Under the pieces are notes generated by a model. The model worked only from the letters and a program-made list of their open reading frames with translations. It made no database searches and was not told where the DNA came from. Positions 1 to 12,900 of a DNA stretch of 64,000 nt are shown here, piece by piece. The stretch is from the NCBI RefSeq assembly GCF_046119375.1, contig NW_027362770.1, positions 191,890,001 to 191,954,000 of the forward strand, given 5' to 3'. The first letter of the stretch is position 1. Each line of letters starts with the position of its first letter. The DNA comes from Phyllobates terribilis (lineage: Eukaryota). Made by a program: the position numbers and the translations under genes.

Positions 1-2640
1 TTGTGTTTTTATTCCACTGCGACCTCCACCACTCTTCCAAGGGGCATTGATATTGTCTTTTTATTCCACCGCGTCCTCCACCATTCTTCCAAGGGGCATT
101 GATATTGTCTTTTTATTCCACTGTAACCTCCACCACTCTTCCAAGGGGCATTAATATTGTCTTTTTATTCCACTGGGACCTCCACCACTCTTCCAAGGAG
201 CATTGATATTGTCCTTTTATTCTACTGAGACCTCCACGTCTCTTCCAAGGGGCATTAAAACCATCTTGCTAAACCACTCTGATATCCACGTCTCTTCCAA
301 GGGGCATTAAAACTGTCTTGTTAAGCTACTGTGACCTCCACGACTCTTCCAAGGGGCATTAAAACCGTCTTGTTAAACCACTCTGAACTCCACGTCTCTT
401 CCAAGGAACATTAAAATCATCTTGTTAAGCTACTGTGACCTCCACGTCTCTTCCAAGGGTCATTGATATTGTCTTTTTATTCCGCTGGTACCTCCACCAC
501 TCTTCCAAGAGGCATTGATATAGTCTTTTTATTCCTCTGCGACCTCCAACACTCTTCCAAGGGGCATTGATATTGTCTTTTTACTCCACTGCGACCTCCA
601 CCACTCTTCCAAGAGGCATTGATATTGTCTTTTTATTCCACTGGGTCTCCCACGTCTCTTCCAAGGGGCATTAAAACAGTCTTGTTAAACCACTCTGAAC
701 TCCACGTCTCTTCCAAGGGGCATTAAAACCGTCTTGTTAAACCACTCTGAACTCCACGTCTCTTCCAAGGGGCAATAAAACCGTCTTGTTAAGCTACTGT
801 GACCTCCACGTCTCTTCCAAGGGACATTAAAACCGTCTTGTTAAACCACTCTGAACTTCACGTCTCTTCCAAAGGGCATGAAAATTGTCTTGTTAAGCTA
901 CTGTGACCTCTACGTCTCTTGCAAGGGTCATTGATATTGTCTTTTTATTCCACTGGGACCTCCACCTCTCTTCCAAGGGGCATTGATATTGTCTTTTTAT
1001 TCCACTGGGATCTCCACCACTCTTCCAAGAGGCATTGATATTGTCTTTTTATTCCACTGGGACCTCCACGTCTCTTCCAAGGGGCATTAAAACCATCTTG
1101 TTAAACCACTCTGAACTCCACGTCTCTTCCAAGGGGCATTAAAACCGTCTTGTTAAGCTACTGTGACCTCCACGTCTCTTCCAAGGGGCATTAAAACCGT
1201 CTTGTTAAACCACTCTGAACTCCACGTCTCTTCCAAGGGGCATTAAAATCATCTTGTTAAGCTACTGTGACCTCCATGTCTCTTCCAAGGGTCATTGATA
1301 TTGTCTTTTTATTTCACTGGGACCTCCACCACTCTTCCAAGGGGCATTGATATTGTATTTTTATTCCACTGCGACCTCCACCACTCTTCCAAGGGGCATT
1401 AATATTGTCTTTTTATTCCACTGCGACCTCCGCCACTCTTCAAAGGGTCATTGATATTGTCTTTTTATTCCACTGGGACCTCCACCTCTCTTCCAAGGGG
1501 CATTGATATTGTCTTTTTATTCCACTGGGATCTCCACCACTCTTCCAAGGGGCATTGATATTGTCTTTTATTCCACTGGGACCTCCACGTCTCTTCCAAG
1601 GGGCATTAAAACCATCTTGTTAAACCACTCTGAACTCCACGTCTCTTCCAAGGGGCATTAAAACCGTCTTGTTAAGCTACTGTGACCTCCACATCTCTTC
1701 CAAGGGGCATTAGAACCGTCTTGTTAAACCACTCTGAACTCCACGTCTCTTTCAAGGGGCATTAAAATCATCTTGTTAAGCTACTGTGACCTCCATGTCT
1801 CTTCCAAGGGTCATTGATATTGTCTTTTTATTTCACTGGGACCTCCACCACTCTTCCAAGGGGCATTGATATTGTCTTTTTATTCCACTGCGACCTCCAC
1901 CACTCTTCCAAGGGGCATTGATATTGTCTTTTTATTCCACTGCGACCTCCGCCACTCTTCCAAGGGGCATTGATATTGTCTTTTTATTCCACTGTAACCT
2001 CCACCACTCTTCCAAGAGGCATTGATATTGTCTTTTTATTCCATTGGGACCTCCACCACTCTTCCACGGGGCATTGATATTGTCTTTTTATTCCACTGGG
2101 ACCTCAACCACTCTTGCAAGGGGCATTGATATTGTCTTTTTATTCCACTGGGACCTCCACGTCTCTTGCAAGGGGCATTAAAACCGTCTTGTTAAACCAC
2201 TCTGAACTCCACGTCTCTTCCAAGGGCACTAAAACCGTCTTGTTAAGCTGCTGTGACCTCCACGTCTCTTCCAAGGGTCATTTAAACCGTCTTGTTAAAC
2301 CACTCTGAACTCCACAGCTCTTCCAATGGGCATTGAAATGTTTTTTTAATTACCTCTAACCTCCACGACTCTTCCAAAGGGCATTGCATTTCCTCCTAAT
2401 TTTAGTCATCTATTGCCTTTCAATGCATTGGCGAACACTAAGGGATACCCACTCCCCAATAATGGGTAGAAGGTTTTTAGCACTCTGTAATCAACGTCTG
2501 TTTCAAGGGGCATTGCAGTTCTTCATAATTTTTGGAAAGCCTTCCATTCTCTGCTTAGGCCAACAGTGTACAGGAGACCCAGTTGCAATAAATGGAAAAA
2601 ACGGTTTAGTTAAGGCCCTCTGACCTCCATGTCTCTTCCA
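1..2640. repeat. 52-bp tandem satellite with higher-order block structure; degenerates after about 2320
   Basis: CTCTTCCAAGGGGCATT core recurs every 52 bp (e.g. 32, 84). Monomer variants: GATATTGTCTTTTTATTCCACTG, AAAACCGTCTTGTTAAACCACTC and AAAACCGTCTTGTTAAGCTACTG. Confidence 0.95.
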
Positions 2641-2699
2641 AGGGGCATTGGAGTGCTTTGAAATTTTTGGTAGGCATTGCACTCACTGTATGCCCTATA

Positions 2700-3680
2700 A
2701 CTGTGTAGCCGAAATGCTCCTTTTGGTACAGAAACATATCCTACAAGACATGTGTGGTTGACTGGCCTGATATTGATGTGAATGGTCCCTGTTCCTCCTG
2801 CTCTTTCTCCTTTGCCACCACCTCATCCATCATTCATCACCTGAAGCTTTGTTTTAACGGGAGTCATAGAACTGGGATAGTAGCAGGAAAACATCCAGCA
2901 ATCCTCGGAGGAGGTAGGATATGCGGCAAAACGCTGACCAACTCAGGCCTAGCCGCTACTACATACATGCGCTTGCATTCCAAGGAACAGAAAGCTAAGT
3001 AGATGGATGGCCTCATGATCATGAATAATTTACTCATTGTGTAGGAGGCCGACCACTGCTGCAGTCTACCTTCTGAACTTTGTGTTGAAGCCTGATTGAC
3101 CCAGGACCCGCAATCCTCTATGTCTGGAGGACTTGTTGCGTCCCAGTGTCCAATTGTGTCCCAGCTTCCACAATATTAACCCAGTGTGAAGGCGTCAGTG
3201 AGATGGACTATCCCTGGCCACATTCACTTGCCCACGTGTTTGTGGTTAGGCTGTCCTTCCCACTAAATGCACTGGGGAGGGCACAGGTAATGTTTTGGTA
3301 TGCGCGCTTTTGTATAAGGCACACTGGGACAAATAGGGGCGGCTGGGGACTGAGTATGGATACCAGTCCGCCGACGCAGCCATGACGTGGTGGCCAGATT
3401 CCGCCTCCACATGCCTAAAAGGCCCAATTTCAAGTGCAAGCAAGCAGTATGGTATTGCAGCATGGGGATGAGTGGGTGGCAGGCTACATACTTGCGCTTG
3501 CATTGCAAGGAATGGGGGAGGTACAATTGAACACTGCCCTGGGACAAGGACTTGCACGGGGATAGTTGCAAGTCTGCATCTTCTGATGCGGCAAGGATCA
3601 CTTCTGATGGGCACACTTTTAGGCAGTGACCTGGGTGTCAGAGATGCTTCCAGGGGTCTTCCCCATGCTGTTCCCATGTC
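2700..3680 (-). pseudogene. Degenerate hAT-superfamily transposase fragment
   Basis: Minus-strand peptides LLALEIGPFRHVEAES..YSVPSRPYLSQCA and GKDSLTTNTWASECGQG*SISLTPSHWVN resemble the vertebrate hAT motifs LLALEMLPFRLVE..YSVPSRHYFS and GKVHLTTDTWTS..GQGRYISLTAHWVN. Stops and frameshifts present. Confidence 0.7.
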
Positions 3681-3959
3681 TTTTCAGCACTGCATGCATG
3701 TGTCACATAGCACATGGCCAGATAAGGTTGTAAAATGTTAAAATGATATTTCCCGATGAATGCATTTGTCACGGTTGAAAGCAATACAAAAGTGTAAAAA
3801 CGCATAAAAATGCTACTTGTGAACATAGCCCAAGGTGATGAGGAGTATTTTTGTTTTTGGTTATTTATTTTACCTTATACACAAGTCTTTACCCTGGAAA
3901 GGATGTTCCTTGACATATTTCACAGGAAAACAGTTTCAGTTTCGTTTTTGAACGTTTTA

Positions 3960-4257
3960 TTGTGCGCCCGTAAAAGTGGCTTAATACCTCTGACCACTTT
4001 GTTGACAGCAGTGACCTGGGAGTCAGAAATGCTTCCTGGGGCGATCCCCATGCTGTCCCCATGTCATTTGAGCACTGTAACTATCGTTTTGGGCACTTTT
4101 TAGGCTTTCTACAGACTGCCGGGGGTGCCGCTGCAAAAATGCTTGGGTCTCCCATATACTAACATTGGGCTCGTTGCTCGGGTCGAGCACCCGAGTATCA
4201 CGGTGAGCTCGGCCCGAGCTTCGAGAACCCGAGCATTTTAGTGCTCGATCAACACTA
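3960..4257 (-). mobile_element. hAT-family terminal segment, probably the 5' end of the relic at 2.7-3.7 kb
   Basis: Ends GTGCTCGATCAACACTA (reverse complement TAGTGTTGATCGAGCAC), with CCCGAG subterminal repeats. Homologous to 63330-63614. Confidence 0.7.
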
Positions 4258-4291
4258 ATTAGCATGCTATAAAGCTTCATTTTGTAATTAA

Positions 4292-4602
4292 AAGGCTCGT
4301 CCAGGTTTGAGATGAAAGTCTGCAGTCTTTCTAGCTGACTGCAGGCTTCTGAATTCTCACAGCGCATGCACTGCACACTTTTAGGATTCTCCCTTGCAAG
4401 TATGAGATTTGTACACTTTATGCCACATTCGGATGTGTCCGACCTCGCTCAGTTCATTTTCATTGAGTGAGGCCACGCATGTCTAGTCGGCATGTGACTG
4501 CTTGTATGCAAATCGCTTGCACCAGAGAATCCTGACAGCGTGCAGTGCTCACTGCAGCCACATAGAATGACTGGAGACTCACCACAAGCTTGGACAACCC
4601 CT
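4292..4602. mobile_element. Kolobok/T2-type MITE
   Basis: TTAA-AAGGCTCGTCCAGG ... TTGGACAACCCCT-TTAA: imperfect terminal inverted repeats with TTAA flanks. Confidence 0.55.
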
Positions 4603-4717
4603 TTAACTCTCTAAAGAAAATTAAAAACATGAGCATTAGTCAGTATCACAAATAACATTTACATCCAGGTAACTGATAGGTGATGTTGTCTCTGGAGTTT
4701 TTCTCTTTCTTTTCTTC

Positions 4718-5969
4718 TGACGCGCCCCCTGGGCCATGGGGTACTCGGTGCCGGGCCGGTCGTTGCTAGAGGAGATGTCACAGTGATGGTGACCCGGTCC
4801 GTGACCCAGGGCGGTCAATAAAAGGGGGATATTTACTGGGGATTTATAGTTCTTATATACAGTTCGTGACGCCACATGTGGTATGCGGCTAAAGGGAGCC
4901 GCCGCTGCAGAGCAGATCCTCTGGAGCTGATGGTGACGCAGCAGAGTTGGTTCAGCTCTCCACAGGTAGAGCTTAGCTCCAGGGCAGTAAGTGGTGATTT
5001 TACAGATGTTGCTGTGCAGTGTAGTGCAGGGGATGATGGCGCAGTAGTAATAATTCACAGAGACAGTGGGGATGCAGTCTTCCAGATTTACTCACAGTTC
5101 ACACTTTGCTCCTGGTTACAACTGCAGATGATAACGTCCCACGTCGTGCTGCGTTCACCGGGCAGGGGCTCAGCCAACCCTCAGGTACCTCCGGAGTACA
5201 TAACGGGACCCCCTTCTGTGTGTTCCTTCTGGACGTCTCCCTGCACCTCACACCTAGTGTCCCAATCTAGTGACCGCGGACCTTGTCGGGCGGCGTCTTC
5301 TCTGTTCCCTGGGTCCTCTATGGCCACCTTTTCGGTGAGTTAGATGTGGCTTTCGGGTTTCAGCACCTGAAATGCTGCACCCTCCGGTTACCCATTTGAA
5401 TATTGTAATTCTCATTAGTTAGGGGCCGGTCTCCTCTGCGACCCGATCCCTCCACTGCCTGGTAGATTCGGGCGTACGGGTGGCCTCCAGCACTGCCTGT
5501 ACCCCTGGGATCCTTTCTTCACTCCTGGAGCCTCCTCTCTGCTCCCATTCCTTCCTTCTCTCCTTCTTCAGGGCCTGCACACTCAGGCCCGCGCTTCCCC
5601 TGAGCAGAGCTCCTGCAGAGCTCCTGCTCCCAACTGTTCCTCTGACTCAATCTCCTCAGACCCCTGACTGGTCTCTAGAATGTTCCACCCTCTCTTTTAT
5701 ATCACTTCTTACTGAGCTCCCCTGGACTTCTTCCTCCACCCACATCCACTACATGGTTCCCCCTACTTTGGTTCCCCCTACTCCAGCCAGGGACAGGGCT
5801 CAGCAGGAGAGTGACGCATCTTGCCCCTCCTGCTGGTCTGGAGTAGTGTAGTGTTGGATGCAGGTGTTAGGGTCCTGGGCAGTACTCATTCCTTACCTGA
5901 GAGTGAGATACCACACCTCTGGGTGAGATGCAGTACATCTGTGGCGACTGAACCCTCAGGGGCGCCACA
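4718..5969 (-). mobile_element. Solo LTR (Gypsy family related to the element at 30.7-38.6 kb)
   Basis: TGACGCGCCCC ... GGGGCGCCACA termini; 4-bp target-site duplication CTTC (4714-4717 and 5970-5973). Confidence 0.9.
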
Positions 5970-6289
5970 CTTCCTCTTGTCCAGACACCATGATGACTTT
6001 TCCCATCCACAGCTCGTCTCTGCAGATTTCCATCTTCTCCGGTCTTCTGCATCACATCCCCACACGATGCCCTTAAAGATAGCAGAGTCTTTATAATGCT
6101 CCTGAATAAACTTATCTGCCCTAGACTGAGCCCCTGAATAAATAATTGTCCCTCACTATATTCCCTGCACAAAACATGACCCCCACACTGTCCCCCTCAT
6201 GGGTAAATGCTCTCAACATTGCCGTCTCCTCTCCATATTTGGCCCCCTCTTCACACTGTCCTCTCACACTGTGTCCCCCAAATCTTCCC

Positions 6290-6863
6290 CCGTTACACTA
6301 AATATCCCCCACATAGTAAATCCCCCCATCCCCGTTACTCTAAATACCCACACACAGAGTATATACCCCCCACACATAGTATATACCTTCCCACAGTAAA
6401 TACCCCCACACACACAAAGTATATACGCCCCCGACAGTAATTATCCCCTACCCACAGTATATACACCCCCACAGTAAATCTCTCCCCCCAGAGTATATAC
6501 ACCCCACAGTAAATCTCTCCCCACAGAGTTTATACACTCCCACAGTAAATCTCTACCCCCCAGAGTATATACACCCCACAGTAAATCTCTACCCCCCAGA
6601 GTATATACACCCCCACAGTAAATCTATCCCACCCAGAGTATATACACTCCCACAGTAAATCTCTCCCCCCCAGAGTATATACACCCCGACAGTAAATCTC
6701 TCCCCCCCAGAGTATATACACCCCCACAGTAAATCTCTCCCCCCCAGAGTATATACACCCCCACAGTAAATCTCTCCCCCCCAGAGTATATACACTCCCA
6801 CAGTAAATCTCTCCCCCCAGAGTATATACACTCCCACAGTAAATCTCTCCCCCCAAGAGTATA
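6290..6863. repeat. 35-37-bp minisatellite, left part
   Basis: Tandem CAGTAAATCTCTCCCCCCAGAGTATATACACCCC(C)A; continues after the Tc1 insertion. Confidence 0.9.
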
Positions 6864-6888
6864 CAGTGGTGGCCAAAAGTATTGGCAC

Positions 6889-7310
6889 TGTTAGAACTCT
6901 CCTGTTGGTTTTTTTCTAGTTTGCTGGTCACATGACCTTTTTTGCCTATTTAATCCGGCTCCGCCCTCCTGGCCTTGCTGGACTTCATTGTATTACTACT
7001 CTTGAGCTAGCTTGGTGCTCTGTTACCGTTCTCTGTTAGTTTTGCTAGGTCTTCTGACCTCTATGTTCTATGTTGTGTGTTTGTCTTTTACTGCTACAAT
7101 TTCTGCTAGGAGGCGTCCAACTTTATCCCAGTCCCTAGATCTTGTAGGGATCCCTCCCTTGCATCTATAGGTCTTCGTACAGACTAGCTGAGGACTTTAG
7201 CGGGTCTGATCGCAGGATCAGGTTCCCCATTACATCGTAGGGATCCAGTTTAGTTCTATTGTAGGGACAGATCTCCTGTCTTTTCTTAGTGCTTGTAGCA
7301 GATCATAACA
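6889..7310. mobile_element. 422-bp solo LTR inserted in the left inverted repeat of the Tc1
   Basis: TGTTA...TAACA termini; 5-bp duplication GGCAC (6884-6888 and 7311-7315). Removing it restores the Tc1 repeat. Confidence 0.85.
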
Positions 7311-7672
7311 GGCACCCCTGCAATTCTGTCAGATAATACTCAGTTTCTTCCTGAAAATGATTGCAATCACAAATTCTTTGGTATTATTATCTTCATTTAA
7401 TTTGTCTTCAATGAAAAAACACAAAAAGAATTGTCCTAAAGCCAAATTGGATATAATTCTACACCAAACCTAAAAAAGGGGGTGGACAAAAGTATTGGCA
7501 TTGTTTGAAAAACCATGTGATGCTTCTCTAATTCGTGGAATTAACAGCACCTGTAATTTACCTGTGGCACCTAACAGGTGTTAGCAATAACTAAATCACA
7601 ATTGCAGCCAGTTAACATGGATTAAAGTTGACCCAACCTCTGTCCTGTGTCCTTGTGTGTACCACATTGAGC

Positions 7673-8712
<1,040 letters not shown>

Positions 8713-8931
8713 GCTGAGGGTGCCAATACTTTTGTCTGGCCCATTTTTGGAGTTTTGTGTGAAATGGTCAATGATTTGATTTTTGCTTCATTCTCTTTTG
8801 TGTTTTTTCCTTGCAAGCAAATTAAATGAAGATGATAATACCAAAGAATTTGTGATTGCAATCATTTTCAGGAAGAAACTGAGAAGTATCTGACAGAATT
8901 GCAGGGGTGCCAATACTTTTGGCCACCACTG

Positions 8932-9190
8932 TATACACCCCCACAGTAAATCGTAAATCTGTCCCCCCCCCAGAGTATATACACTCCCACAGTAATTCTC
9001 TCCTCCCCAGAGAATATACACCCCCACAGTAAATCTATCCCACCCAGAGTATATACACTCCCACAGTAAATCTCTCCCTCTCAAGAGTATTTACACCCCC
9101 ACAGTAAATCTGTCCCCCCAAGAGCATATACACCCCCACAGTAAATCTTTCCCCCTCCAGATTATATACACCCCCACAGTAAATCTCTCT
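8932..9190. repeat. 35-37-bp minisatellite, right part
   Basis: Same unit as 6290-6863, resuming at TATACACCCCCACAGTAAATC. Confidence 0.9.
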
Positions 9191-9938
9191 CGCCTTCATG
9201 TAATCTTCAGTGTCTTCAGCTCCAGTGTGGAGCATTTACCACCCACCTCACATTGTAACTCTGCTAACCTTATTAACATCAGTTGTACTCCTTTATATCC
9301 TTCTTTTAATTATGCACTCTGGAATACACGGTTTGTATGCAACAAGCTTTCTTTCCTGCGCAATTACTTTTTGAATAACTCCTTCTGATATTTGAGGTCT
9401 CAGTCCCGCATCTCGTCACGGCTCAGCTGTTCTCCCGGCTGTGGAGGGTGGTGGGGCAGGTTGCGGCGGTGGAGCAGTGGGCACAGGTAGTAGTCGGCAG
9501 CTGCAGCTACCATGTGTGCCCGCAGCTAAATAAAATGAATATTCACTCCTTTCCACACCCATAAGAGAGAAGAGTGAATGTTCATTCTCGTTAATAGCGC
9601 ACACTGTCAATCGCAGCCCCCAGCTTCGTGCTGCAGCTCCCCGATCCTGTGTGCCCGCTATTAGAATAAATTTTCAGTCTTCTCCACTCCCATGGGCATG
9701 GAGAAGAGTGAATATTCATTCTCTTTAGCAGTGGTTTGTCCTTCCATAGCTGGCAGTCTAGATGCACTGGTAACCTCAGCTCCCCTCTGAAAACACCTTA
9801 AATAGTATTATCTCACCTGTCTTCTATCTGAATCGTCAAAAGGTGTTTTCCCTTTAATTAGGATTTGGTGCCCTTTTTTTTAAATTTCCAAAGTGCGGTG
9901 GAACGCAAGCCGGGTACTGGAGGTCTGTGCGTCATCAC

Positions 9939-12900
9939 TAGTGTTGAGCCACCCCCGTAGTGTTCGGGTTCGGTTCGGTTCGTCGAACACCGGGATGTTC
10001 GAAGAACTGTTCGTCGAACTGTTCGTCGAACACCTTAGAACACCGTCGAACACCGTTAAAACCAATGGCAGGCAAACAAAAACACATAGAAACACATAGA
10101 AAACACCTGCAAAGGTGTCCAAAAGCTGACAAACTGCTCAGAAGACACTCTCTTTAAAAAAGCCGGCCGGCAAATTCAGCAGCGGCATACACCGGTACCC
10201 GACAATTTAGACAAGAAGGAATAGAGCATCACACATAGATTAGATAGATAGAAACATGTCAGTCACACATATAAGAAGCACAGTGACAGTGTTGGTTACT
10301 GCACTTGTCATTTAGTGTAAAGGATTTATTAAAAAAAATATTAGTGTTTTCATGCACCGTCTCTTTAAAAAAGCCGGCCGGCAATTCAGCATCTGTACCC
10401 GACAATTTAGAACAGAAAGAATAGAGCTTCACACATAGATTAGATAGATAGAAACATGTCAGTCACATATATAATAAGTACAGTGATAGTGTTGCTTACT
10501 GTACTTGTCATTTAGTGTAAAGGATTTATTTAAAAAAATAATAGTGTTTTCATGCACTGTCTCTTTAAAAAAGCCGGCCGGCAATTCAGCACCGGTACCC
10601 GACAATTTAGAACAGAAAGATAGAGTATCACACATAGATTAGATAGATAGAAACATGTCAGTCACATATATATGAAGTACAGTGATAGTGTTGGTTACTG
10701 TACTTGTCATTTAGTATTAAAATAAAGGATTTATTATTAAAAAAATTGACGTGGGGTTCCCCTTAATTTTAGGCTCTAGCGGAGGTTAAGCAGACGGCTG
10801 GGGCAGATGTTTGAAGCCTGGGAAGGGGGTAATACCCACGGAACTTCCCAGGCTACTAATATCATCCCCCAGCTGAATACATAGCCTTTACTAGCTATTA
10901 AAATGGGGGACCCCCCAAAAAAAATGACGTGGGGTCCCCCCTAATTTAATAGCTAGCAAAGGCTAGGCAGACAGCTGGGGGCTGATATTAATAGCCCAGG
11001 AAGGGAGCCATGAATATTGGCCCCCTCCCAGGCTAGAAACACCAGCCGTCAGCCGCCCCAGAAATGGCGCATTCATAGGATGCGCCAATTCTGGCACTTA
11101 GCCTCGCTCTTCCACGCTGCCCTGGTGCGGTGGCAGGGGGTAATAGGGTTGGGGTTGATGTCAGCTTATAATGCCAGCTGACATCAAGCCCAGGTTAGTA
11201 ATGGAGAGGCGTCTATAAGACACCCCCATTACTAACCCCATAGTCAAAGTTAAAAAAAACACAAACACCCAGAATAAAGTCCTTTAATTGAAATAAAGAC
11301 ACAATCCTTTATTGTTCTAAATTAAACCATACTTACCATCACGCCCATTCCAGCTGAAGCCAACGATCTCCTGCAATAAAAGAAAAATAATAAAGCAACC
11401 TCATCCTTACCTTTCCATGGTTCCCACGACAGCTTCAGCTCTGCTACATCGAGATGACAGGCTGGACCGCAGCAGAACGCTGCCATCCAGCCTGTCATCC
11501 CGCAGACACTGAGAAGCGCAGGCTTGCTTGCGCTGCTCAGCGTCTCTCTGTGACAACATCCAGATGAGCCGAGTTCATGTCCAATGAACTCGGCTCACCT
11601 CATGCACGTCACTGACAGCGTGGGAAAATTCTCACGCTGAAGCGCTGATTGCAGGAGAATTTTCCCACGCTGTCAGTGACGTGCAGGAGGTGAGCTGAGT
11701 TCATTGGACATGAGCTCACCTCATGCACATCACTGACAGCGTGGGATAATTCTCCTGCACTCAGCACTTCAGCTTGAGAATTTTCCCACGCTGTCAGTGA
11801 CGTGCATGAGGTGAGCCGAGTTCATTGGACATGACCTCGGCTCATCTGGATGCCGTCACAGCGAGACAGTGAGGAGCGCAAGCATGCCTGCGCTTCTCAG
11901 TGTCTGCGGGATGACAGACTGGATGGCAGCGTTCTGCTGCGGTCCAGCCAGTCATCTCGATGTAGCAGAGCTGAAGCTGTCGTGGGAACCATGGAAAGGT
12001 AAGGATGAGGTTGGTTTATTATTTTTCTTTTATTGCAGGAGATCGTTGGCTTCAGCTGGAATGGGTGTGATGGTAAGTATGGTTTAATTTAGAACAATAA
12101 AGAATTGTGTCTTTATTTCAATTAAAGGACTTTATTCTGGGTGTTGTGTTTTTTTTAAATACTTTACTAGAAATTCATGGCGGTCATGTCTAATACTGGC
12201 GTGACCCCATGAATTTTGGGCTTGGGGCCAGCTGATAATACCAAGCTGGCCCTAACCCCTTTATTACCCAGTGAGCCACCGCACCAGGGCCCTGGATGAG
12301 TTGGGTACAGCGCCAGAAGATGGCGCTTCTATGAACGCGCCATTTTCCGGGGTGGCTGCGGACTGCAATTTGTAGCGGGGGGGGGCCCAGAAAGCTTGGG
12401 CCTCCCTGCGCTGCAGATTCCAGCCCCCAGCTGCCTAGTTGTACCTGGCTGGACACAAAAATAGGGCGAAGCCCCACGTACTTTTTTTTTAATTATTTCA
12501 TGAAATTCATGAAATAATTAAGAAAAAAAGGCCTTCCCTATATTGTTGTGTCCGGCCAGGTACAAATAGGCAGCTGGTGGTTGGGGGCAGCCCGTTCCTG
12601 CCTGCTGTACCTGGCTGGACACAAATATAGTGCGAAGCCCCACGTCAATTTTTTTTAAATTATTTCATGAATTTCCTGAAATAATTAAAAAAAATTGAAG
12701 TGGGGCTTCGCACTATATTTGTGTCCAGCCAGGTACAGCAGGCAGGAACGGGCTGCCCCCAACCACCAGCTGCCTATTTGTACCTGGCCGGACACAACAA
12801 TATAGGGAAGCCCTTTTTTTCTTAATTATTTCATGAAATAATTTAAAGAAAATTGACGTGGGGCTTCGCCCTGTTTTTGTGTCCAGCCAGGTACAACTAG

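Noticed and set aside
1-2320. CRISPR-like repeat/spacer appearance
   Set aside because: The 'spacers' are only three recurring variants, there are no cas genes, and the context is eukaryotic; it is a satellite.
6530-6931. GGEIYCGSVYTL repeat proteins
   Set aside because: Translations of the minisatellite.
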